A DNA stretch of 7,990 nt from Zygophlyctis sp. KS116 (GCA_054661495.1 BAAFSQ010000391.1:1-7990); one strand, 5' to 3'. Positions 1 through 7,701 are shown, numbered from the stretch's first letter. A program made the numbers and translations. Notes: generated from the letters alone by a model not told the origin.

Positions 1-765
1 GCTTCGTAAACATCATTCTCATCATCTCTCCGCAGTAAATGTTCATGCTCCCAATTGATCAGCGCCAAAAAGTGTCTGTTACAAAATAAGAAAAATAACC
101 ATTGAACCATTGATTTCCAAATCAAATTTTGATATCGCGTTGGATACTCCACTATATCATTTCCTGGTAAACACCAAAACCCACTAGCTAGAGCACCACT
201 TACCATATATGGTAAATTCAAATAAATCCAAATTTCTGTCCTCTTAAATCCAAGAATCTTTGTAAATAATGAAAGTCCGTAAAATATCAATTGAAAAAGT
301 GCCAAAAAGTCCAAAAAAGTCCTGAAAGATAGAGAAAGTTTTGATATTGAATCATAAACCAAGTAAAAGTGGTACATGTACATCCATATGCCATAAGATA
401 TATGTCTAAGCTATAAGATTCCATAAATTACATATCAACCACATTATTCTCTAGAAATTGAGAAAATCTAAACCGATCTTCGATATTATTATGGATTTTT
501 GAAGACTTCCTAACAGTTTCAACTATTATTTAAAACTTATTTCCATACCGTAGGCTCTATAAATCCCAAATCGAAGTTTCTTCAATTCTCTTTTAAACGA
601 CTCACGGCCGTCAACGCTTTCCTTGATTTCCCTTGTTAGAAGATACTCTAAAGGATCAAAATTAGGATCTGGGTGAAACTTATAGCGAAACGTTTTCGTC
701 TTTTTCTTTCCAGAGCCATTAGAAGTCCCTGATGCTCCCTGTGTTTTTGTATCATTGTAATTCAT
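1..765 (-). CDS. Hypothetical multi-pass membrane protein, 3 exons visible, runs off the window's left edge (3' partial)
   Basis: ATG at 765. Exons 765-549, 522-432 and 405-1 are joined by two 26-nt GT-AG introns (548-523 GTATGG...AATAG; 431-406 GTAATT...CTTAG). Splicing gives one open frame: MNYNDTK...GIYRAY-VETVRKSSK...NNVVDI-HISYGIWMYMYHFYLVY...FLALFQLIFYGLSLF...WIYLNLPYMVSGALASGFWCL...WLFFLFCNRHFLALINWEHEH..., with several hydrophobic segments and no stop before base 1. Family not recognised. Confidence 0.72.
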
Positions 766-953
766 TCCCGAAATCCACGCGCTCACTTGTTATCAGATAT
801 AGAGTTTTATAGTTGATCTATGATCCCAGTCCTTAATTCAGGCTGGATAAAAAAGGCCAATACGAAACCAATGGAATCGCAAGGCAGAATGAAACGGTTA
901 AAATTTGTTCGTTTCAACTACTGCTGATACAGCTTTTCTCGAAATAAATATTA

Positions 954-1441
954 ATGAAGAAACTACTAGCCTTCTATGCATTTCTGTAATTATTAATTTC
1001 TTTTTAATTTCAAGGTCATCATGGATATTCATTAATGCACAGCTATCGCCTGTTCCTTGCCCAATGTGTCCGACCGGAATGGAATGTTTTATGGGAAGAT
1101 GTGTCCCATGCAGGAGTCCTGTCCACAATCCAATACCTATGGGGGCTTATATGAATCCAGTAAGACCACTACCTATAGGAATCAATGGACCCGGACCAAT
1201 AGGACCGCCTCGTGTGCCAATCGGACCTCTTCCTGGACCAATGGGGTCTGCTGGATTAAGTGGACCGCCATTAAGTCCACCAATGGGACCACCAATGGGA
1301 CCTCCAATGGGACCTCCACCAGTATGCTCACCAGGATTTAGATTGATCAATAATCAATGCATTCGCTCAGGAGCGAAATCTTCTCAACCTCTGAATATAA
1401 TCACAATCTGGATTCTGATTCTAATTTCTAATTTTCTCTAG
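954..1441 (+). CDS. Small secreted Cys/Pro-rich surface protein, probably GPI-anchored (152 aa; paralog A)
   Basis: ATG 954; exon 1 954-985; 29-nt intron 986-1014 (GTAATT...TTCAAG); exon 2 1015-1441. Gives signal peptide MKKLLAFYAFLSSWIFINA|Q, a CxxCxxxxxCxxxxC motif, a Pro/Gly-rich linker, CSPGFRLINNQCI, small residues (SGAKSS) and a hydrophobic C-terminus (IITIWILILISNFL). The TTG start at 905 in the ORF track is not needed. Confidence 0.82.
1277..1318 (+). repeat. Coding 12-nt tandem repeat, 3.5 copies (PPMG)
   Basis: ccaccaatggga ccaccaatggga cctccaatggga cctcca, read directly from the sequence. Confidence 0.9.
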
Positions 1442-1459
1442 CTTATAATAATAATTAAC

Positions 1460-2602
1460 CTATAATTGCCATTTAATTCTACTAATTTCTTCCCATGATT
1501 CCATTGTATTCTTTATCCATTCCTTTTCAGTTATTTGATTTTTTAAAGGTATCATTTCCATTAACCCAATTCTAAATTGATAAAATAAAGCTCTAAAATC
1601 ATTTGGTACTCCCATTAATAATTTTCTATACGCATTTAATGATTCTAATGACATCTTTAATGAAACATTACAAGTAAATTCAGAAAAACATGGTAGTAGA
1701 AAGACATTAGAATCTTGTACTTTTGAGTAGAGATCAGGATAAAAACTCTTTAAATTACACGAGTCTTGATTTTCCCAATTTAGTCCAGGTATTATACTTG
1801 CTTCTTGTATCAATTTTTGATATGATTCAGCCTTAAAATTAGACCCTGATGATTTGTTATATATAAAGATGACTTTTGCATTCTTTCTGAATCCTCTATT
1901 ATCCATACTTTTCAAAAATTCAAACATTTTGAGAAAAGTATTTTCATCTATAACCACCAATAACACATTACAAACAGACCATAAAAGAGCAGTTAGTCTT
2001 TTGGATAATATTTCATTCCAAAGATGAGCCCTCCTTGAGAATGATGGAGGAATACATTTCTTAATCTTTAATTTCTCTAAAACCATTGAGCTATTTACTG
2101 GCTGAGAATCTAGTAATATAACTCTTTCTGGAGTAATATACATATCTAATCCCAGAGTCCTTAATTCCCCTGATTTTGAAGTATTAAAAGGATTCAAGTG
2201 TTCACCAGCAAGTTTAGAGAGAATAGTTGATTTTCCAACTCCTTCAAATCCAACGACACCAACAACTGAAAATTCATCATTACAAGGAAAAGAATAATCC
2301 AATTTAGACATTTGCAGTCCTTCATCCATGATTTTTAGTGGTTTAATTCTACATAAATCTCTAGTTTGTATTTCATCAATAATCCAACATCTATCATCTT
2401 TGAGGAGTCCTGTAACTTTCTCTGAGAGTCCTGATCTTTCCAAAATAACTATTTTTTTTGAATTTGTTGCTTCAGTTCTTCTGATTGTCTGATTTTGATC
2501 TTGTGAATACTTTGGTTTAGAGTCGCTTGATCTATTTCCACTGGATTTAGTAGCAGATGGAATATAAAGACTTTTGGAAGTTGGTACTGGACGAGAGGAC
2601 AT
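1460..2602 (-). CDS. SMG9: Nonsense-mediated decay factor SMG9 homolog (P-loop G-fold NTPase), about 380 aa
   Basis: Low-complexity Ser-rich N-terminus, then VVGVVGFEGVGKST (P-loop), TLGLDMYITPERVILLDSQP and LLWSVCNVLLVVID. These match SMG9 motifs as I recall them (VVGVLGLQGTGKS; TSGIDFFITQERIVFLDTQP; FLFTVCHVVIVVQD). The likely start is the ATG at 2602 (GCC ATG); the ORF is open to 2719. Confidence 0.88.
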   Translation of the reverse strand: MSSRPVPTSKSLYIPSATKSSGNRSSDSKPKYSQDQNQTIRRTEATNSKKIVILERSGLSEKVTGLLKDDRCWIIDEIQTRDLCRIKPLKIMDEGLQMSKLDYSFPCNDEFSVVGVVGFEGVGKSTILSKLAGEHLNPFNTSKSGELRTLGLDMYITPERVILLDSQPVNSSMVLEKLKIKKCIPPSFSRRAHLWNEILSKRLTALLWSVCNVLLVVIDENTFLKMFEFLKSMDNRGFRKNAKVIFIYNKSSGSNFKAESYQKLIQEASIIPGLNWENQDSCNLKSFYPDLYSKVQDSNVFLLPCFSEFTCNVSLKMSLESLNAYRKLLMGVPNDFRALFYQFRIGLMEMIPLKNQITEKEWIKNTMESWEEISRIKWQL

Positions 2603-2781
2603 GGCGAAAAATTGAATTATAAGTCTCAAGTTTAAAGTATTCTCAACTATTAAGTATTTATTATGTAATCTCACTGAGATCTCAAGTAGGAATGGATAAA
2701 GATTTAACCGTGAATTCATGTTTCATGATTAGTTTCAAAGACTATAAAAATTTTACTGTTTGAGATTTAAAAATAATTTCA

Positions 2782-3167
2782 ATGCATGGCCTGCTTCGTA
2801 TAATCTTGTTACTGTAATGATCATTATTTAATCTAATAATTATAGATATTCAATACTCCTGTCCTCTGCTCAATTTGTTGATCCAATGTGTGGTGTTTGT
2901 GCTCCAGGAACATTTTGCTCTTTTGGGGACTGCATTCCATATCCAGTAGGACAAGGTCCACCGGCTGGGCTGGGTCCACCTGCAGTTGCATTTCCTCCTA
3001 TTATTCCGCCTGGTGGTGGTCAATTTGGCTCTCCTTGTCCGAAAAAATATCGATTCATGAATAATGCTTGCATTTTTACAGGTTCAGCAACAAATTCTTT
3101 TAAATTTACTCGGGTAGTATCCATCATTTTTACAGGCATCTTGATCCAATTGTTAAGAAAGTATTAA
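2782..3167 (+). CDS. Small secreted Cys/Pro-rich surface protein, probably GPI- or membrane-anchored (117 aa; paralog B)
   Basis: ATG 2782; exon 1 2782-2813; 32-nt intron 2814-2845 (GTAATG...CTAAT...TATAG); exon 2 2846-3167. Gives MHGLLRIILLLYSILLSSA|Q, CGVCAPGTFCSFGDC, a Pro/Gly linker, CPKKYRFMNNACI and a hydrophobic tail. Same architecture and intron position as 954-1441. Confidence 0.82.
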
Positions 3168-3200
3168 ATTCCGATTTCTTATTTTTTATATATTCTCACC

Positions 3201-5080
3201 ATGATTTATAGTGTTTTCCTTTTGAGGTTGGTTTAGTGTTTCCTAATTTATAGTATTGTTACTGCTCAGATACAAATTCCATTATTCATTCAAGAGTCCG
3301 AAACAGAATTGGTTGCTGTCAAAATGCAAAAGTATAATAATACTTGCAAATTCGTAGATATTTATGATACACAACCGCATTTTGGAGTCGAAAATGGAGA
3401 AATTGTTACAAATGTTTACTCTGCTAGCTCAATATTTGACGGGAAAGTTTATGAATTTATTGGAAGAAAAAGTGAAGAGGTTTTAGAGTATGCACTCGCT
3501 AAATTTCATGGATGCAATTGGGATTCTGCTTTTAATGAATTCATTCTAGATTTGGAAAAAGAAAAGATTCCTAAAGATTATGAAATTGTACATTTTTTAG
3601 TTAATCATTACAGCGGCAAATTGTGGAAAACGGTCCTCCAAAGAATAGGATTGATGTGGTATTTATGGGGGATGGTTATACTCTAAACGAGAAAGAAAAA
3701 TTCTTTAAGGATATTGATCGACTTGTGGAAAATATGTGGACAGGATCTACTTTTTCTTCTGTACTGCCGCTCTTTAATATTTGGGCTGTATTTACGCCAA
3801 GTAAAGACAGTGGTATTGGTGTTGGAGGACAGCCAAAAGATACAATGTTTGGATTATATAGAGATGGGACAGAATTAAGGGGTATTTACCCTTCTAAAGA
3901 GCGAAATCTAAGACTTGTATGTCAACTAACTGGTAGATTTGCATGTGATTTTCCTTCAGTAATTGCAAATGATGATTTCTATGGTGGTTTAGGAGGAGAA
4001 TTTGTGATCTCAACTAGGTTTGAAAGAATTGGAGCCCTAAATATTAGGTCACTTACTAGTGGTGTGATTGTCTTGAGACATGAAATGGGTCATAATTTTA
4101 TAAATGTAGGTGAAGAATATGATGGTGGAGATGTGTATTCTGGAGTAAATTCAGCACCTCAAATTGCAGGGTTATCTTGGAGTCATTGGTTAAGTGATCC
4201 AACACGACTAAAGGAAGAGCGTGAAAAACTACGAGTGCAAGAGTAAAAATCGTTGTTGTAAAATTTATAGTTATTCTTGGTATGATCTTGCAAAGGGAGC
4301 GTATAATCTTACTTTTGACGTCGATGGCACCTATTCTTTATGGAGTCTACAAATATCTCTTTCCGGAGTAGAAACAGATGATTCATTCAAGGTTTTTCTC
4401 GATGGATCGGCTCTAACATGGAAATCTATCGGCCACTTAGATCGATCATTTTACTCCTGGAAAGGAAATTCAGGCTTGAAAAAAGGAACACATATTCTAA
4501 CATTTGTTCAAGGAACCCCACCAAGAAATGATCGCATCCGACAATTGTGTTCTGTTACACTTCATGAGTATGGAAATGAATCACAATTTCGTATGAACAG
4601 CTCATTGATTGGAATTTATCCTACTTTTTCAAGAAAAGGCACAAAAACTTTTCGTCCGACAAATGATTATTGTATCATGCGTAATATGCTCAGTCATTCA
4701 TTTTGTTCTGGTAACTTCAATCTGTTTATTGATCTCTAGTCTGTTTAGAGGGTCTTTGGTTGAACCTTTTTAAGCGGCTTTCCTTAATTGACTCTGTCTC
4801 AAAAAAATGTTTACTTGATGGTAGAGTGCAGATAGTTGCTGTTCTCCTTCCATTGGGTCAGTTTAGAGAAGTTCCTGTTCAAGGAGAAATCATGGCCATT
4901 GACTGGTATTATCGTGGACAAAAGATGGTTGAATATGAAAATATGACAAGCATCATTGTTCCCAATCATCAAAAGAAATTTCCTTGGCGTATCAGAGTAG
5001 CTTTATTAACTCATTGGGTTAAAAAAGATGATCAAAAACTTCTACAATCAAATAGAAGAATATCTATCAAAGGCTGTTGA
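3201..5080 (+). CDS. Secreted zinc metallopeptidase, family M64 (IgA peptidase-like), 6 exons, about 579 aa
   Basis: Exons 3201-3226, 3254-3587, 3614-4017, 4048-4242, 4271-4710, 4740-5080 (1740 nt) with GT-AG introns of 27, 26, 30, 28 and 29 nt. These join the four track ORFs into one frame. Signal peptide MIYSVFLLSIVTA|Q; M64 motifs GPPKNRIDVVFMGDGYT, HEMGH (4079-4093) followed by GEEY, and FRPTNDYCIMRNM...FCSVC. Confidence 0.9.
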
Positions 5081-5311
5081 GGTTCAGAAATAAAATTCCG
5101 TTTGCCAGCCTTACCATCCAATCTGCTAAATCCTTTTCTAAGAGACATGAGACTCAAAAGGTAGCACCAGTCTGATATATATGATTATTGATCCCATACA
5201 AAAATTAGCAACCCATGTTTGTGTTTGCCTACCTCAGAGTGTACCCCTCATGTTCATTTTCCGACACAGAAACGTGTGTTTCCATTTATAATTTCCGCAA
5301 TTTCTACCTCT

Positions 5312-6021
5312 ATGAGTCAAGCATCATCTGCGGTCACTAGCAAAACTCAGGCGAAAGGATTAATTCCCAAAAGGATTAGACCGCCTAGAAACCCCAAAAA
5401 ACTTACGTCCGTGAGCACCTTTAATTTGACTGGATTTCGTCTATTTTTGAGAGAAAATCATAGGGGTACGATGTATTACTCTGTTTATCATGTAGATATT
5501 TATAAAGACAAAGGGATAACTCAAGTTTTTAAACTTGCTTTGTGTTCCCTTTTCTGTCTTTTGGGTTCTAGAAAATTAAAACAGGATGATGTTCCTATTT
5601 ATCTGAAACCAACTGTTGTTGCTTCTGAAAATGGAATGAAATTTTTGGAATGGTTTCAGAAAACAAATCGTTTAAGCAGATATTATGCTGCAATATCTCA
5701 TTGCAAGTTATCAAAGAAGAAACAAACTCAAAATCTGATAGATTATGAAAAGTTAAACCTAGATAAGTTGAGAACAAGCCTTCGAATTCAGCTCAATACA
5801 ATATGGAGTATGCTTATAATTATTAATACTTAGAAAAATTTTGTGGTAGAAAAGTGGTTCCATATACTAATCTATCAAGGTGGGAATACCAATTTACAGG
5901 AATCCCTTTAGGAATTGATCTTTCTAGTTTTTCTCGCTTACATAGAGAGGATTTGAATGAACTTGCAAAGAAACTAAATGCAGGAACAATTAGTCTTATA
6001 AAAAGACAGAACTCTTCATAG
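5312..6021 (+). CDS. Hypothetical basic protein (about 217-227 aa) with a C-terminal domain resembling a GTF2I-like repeat
   Basis: ATG 5312. A possible in-frame 30-nt intron lies at 5466-5495. A 26-nt intron at 5808-5833 (GTATGC...CTTAG) removes the apparent stop and links to an open exon 5834-6021 (KKFCGRKVVPY...GIPLGIDL...ISLIKRQNSS*). The N-terminus is Lys/Arg-rich (PKRIRPPRNPKK, NLS-like). Confidence 0.72.
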
Positions 6022-6074
6022 AAGCGACGCGTTCAGATTGGTATTGACTCCCATGACTGATTATATATATGTAA

Positions 6075-6115
6075 TGAATAACAATCCCCTTGCTCATCAA
6101 GGGGATTGTTATTCA
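6075..6115. repeat. Perfect 18-bp inverted repeat (hairpin), 5-nt loop
   Basis: tgaataacaatccccttg (6075-6092), loop ctcat, caaggggattgttattca (6098-6115); the arms are exact reverse complements. Confidence 0.95.
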
Positions 6116-6117
6116 AA

Positions 6118-6134
6118 ACATCAAGGCTTGATGT
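6118..6134. repeat. Second palindrome, 8-bp arms with 1-nt spacer
   Basis: acatcaag-g-cttgatgt. It shares CATCAAGG (6119-6126) with the larger hairpin (6095-6102). Confidence 0.8.
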
Positions 6135-6262
6135 CATTCCACCATTGTGCAAAACTGTAGATTTTTAGTCATAACTTCTATAGCAAGTAAGTAGTATAGA
6201 TAGAGCACCGAATGATACAATTTTATTTTAAATGAAATTCTCTGATAAACTCATCCCAAAGG

Positions 6263-6308
6263 CAGTATAATATACAAGTTTTCTTATCAATAATTAAGTG
6301 TGAAATTC
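6263..6308 (+). repeat. Left inverted repeat (candidate TIR)
   Basis: 6271-6308 tatacaagttttcttatcaataattaagtgtgaaattc matches the reverse complement of 7839-7876 at 37/38. It extends to CAG at 6263 if a 5-nt ATATA insertion is allowed (cagtata[atata]caag). Confidence 0.9.
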
Positions 6309-6330
6309 TTCTTCCCACTAAAAAATAAAA

Positions 6331-7701
6331 ATGTCGCAAAAGCTTTGGGTTGCACATGAGACTTCTGCAAGGACATTTATTGACAAAGTCTCTATCGATG
6401 GCTGTGAATATGTGGATGACTTTAAAGGTATCATTGAGAATATAACTTACTTTCCAGAAGAAATTAAGAAGAAGTTTGAAATTCCTGGGTCTTCCTCCCA
6501 TCTCACTCTCTACAAATCTGATGGTACTACGGAAATTGATATTGAAGACTCTCCTTCCGATTACTTGGATGGAAATTCTGATGGAAATCCACTCATTGTT
6601 CGTTCAACACTTATTGAAAACGGTATTTTAATTTATGAAGTTCTAATATCAGTAGCTATTGGCTCATCCAAACAACCTGAGATTGTGGATTTGCACATAT
6701 ATGATCCTAGAGCCATTAAAAAATTTGAAAACATTCCTGTGGAAATTAAATCTGGAAAAATTCATGTCGAGTCTTTACTCAGGATCTTCCGTTGGAAGAG
6801 GCTTTACTTTTTGGAGCCAAGAGCATTATTGCGACATGATAAAGATGGATGGTCTTTTGATGCATTTATTAGTGGGAAAGTGTACAAGTTGCGTTATGAA
6901 ATTGACGATACATATGACGAGTCTATTGTCTTCTCAGAGGCAAAAATTGAGGAGGTGATAGAGGATTTTAATTTGTGTGTCGATCAATACTTCTTAGCTG
7001 AAGAGGAATATCCTCGGTTAGATATCCCAAATTCTCTCTTCGAGCAGCTTGTTGTTTTGCGCAAACGCACTTCTCAGTTTTCAGAAAATACTCGAGGTAC
7101 ATTGATATCACTTTTCCTTGCCAACGCGATTGAATATGCCGATGAAGAGGGAGAGCTGATTTTCGTCGATCGAATGTCGTTTTCGTGCGTTTTACAAAGA
7201 AATGGGAAGAGAATCAAGTACAATGGACCTGCCGACTTTGCAATCGGACATTTACCCGACGATACACGCCCGAATCAGGACTGTGCTCTTCTGGTTGTGG
7301 AAGCTAAAACAGTTGCCAAATTAGGAGAGGCACTTGGGCAAGCTTTGTCTCAAGCTGCGACCAACTTTATCATCAGAAAACAAGAGGGCCAAGGGATAAA
7401 TGGGCATCTCAAGGTTTATTGGTGTATATCCGACGGAGAATCCTGGAGATTTGGGTATATAACTGAAGGCAAGAGAGCAACACTCGACGTTCAACAGACT
7501 AACACAACAACATGTTGGTTCCATCAACGTCACATGATACCAAGGAGGGAAGAATGCTCCAAATTGTTTTCATTAATTGTTTTCTGGGTTAAAAAAGCAA
7601 TGGAGTCTTCGAGAACCACTAGTAGAAGTAATTCAGAAAGTGCGGATGGATTTGACTTGGGCAACTTGAATATTGGATTTGCTTCGGCTTCCATTGAATA
7701 A
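6331..7701 (+). CDS. Crinkler (CRN/CR)-like effector: N-terminal ubiquitin-like header plus C-terminal PD-(D/E)xK restriction-endonuclease-fold domain
   Basis: N-terminus KLWV...KVSIDGCEYVDDFK(E)EIKKK...LTLY...GNSDGNPLIV resembles fungal CR Ubl headers. C-terminus has SENTR..I, GPAD(7234)FAIG, LLVVE(7300)AK(7306), ALGQALSQ and VYWCISDGESWRF, typical of the CR-REase/HsdR-N-like fold. Two probable in-frame 30-nt introns (6428-6457, 6623-6652) would give 436 aa instead of 456. Confidence 0.8.
   Translation: MSQKLWVAHETSARTFIDKVSIDGCEYVDDFKGIIENITYFPEEIKKKFEIPGSSSHLTLYKSDGTTEIDIEDSPSDYLDGNSDGNPLIVRSTLIENGILIYEVLISVAIGSSKQPEIVDLHIYDPRAIKKFENIPVEIKSGKIHVESLLRIFRWKRLYFLEPRALLRHDKDGWSFDAFISGKVYKLRYEIDDTYDESIVFSEAKIEEVIEDFNLCVDQYFLAEEEYPRLDIPNSLFEQLVVLRKRTSQFSENTRGTLISLFLANAIEYADEEGELIFVDRMSFSCVLQRNGKRIKYNGPADFAIGHLPDDTRPNQDCALLVVEAKTVAKLGEALGQALSQAATNFIIRKQEGQGINGHLKVYWCISDGESWRFGYITEGKRATLDVQQTNTTTCWFHQRHMIPRREECSKLFSLIVFWVKKAMESSRTTSRSNSESADGFDLGNLNIGFASASIE

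Noticed and set aside
294-322. Short AAAAAGT(G)CC triplication
   Set aside because: Low-complexity coding sequence (FL-rich TM segment on the minus strand); not CRISPR-like.
898-1128. 76-aa minus-strand ORF
   Set aside because: Overlaps paralog A antisense; no recognisable features.
1057-1341. Alternative-frame plus-strand ORF with TNGT repeats
   Set aside because: Frame shadow of the 12-nt repeat. The other frame has the signal peptide, Cys motifs and a paralog.
1147-1350. Minus-strand ORF with GGPI repeats
   Set aside because: Antisense mirror of the Pro-rich repeat in paralog A; no independent evidence.
2603-2719. 39-aa N-terminal extension of SMG9 in the ORF track
   Set aside because: AT-rich and intergenic-looking. 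ATG 2602 has a better context and leaves a normal divergent promoter gap. Not fully excluded.
3309-5080. Four overlapping ORFs read as a bacterial operon or frameshifted pseudogene
   Set aside because: Every frame change is explained by a 26-29 nt GT-AG intron that restores conserved M64 motifs.
5081-5311. Possible snRNA, snoRNA or tRNA in the intergenic gap
   Set aside because: No convincing box motifs, cloverleaf or snRNA signature seen by eye; an Rfam/Infernal scan would be needed.
6075-6115. Rho-independent terminator or Helitron 3' hairpin
   Set aside because: Eukaryotic context, no proper U-tract, and no CTRR end at the expected short distance on either strand.
7225-7450. Bacterial type I restriction-modification system
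   Set aside because: Only the nuclease fold is shared. No methyltransferase, specificity or helicase genes are present, and the gene has a eukaryotic CR header and probable introns.
5595-7533. Small track ORFs 5595-5777 (-), 6223-6501 (-), 6659-6958 (+), 7321-7533 (-)
   Set aside because: All overlap better-supported genes and lack motifs.
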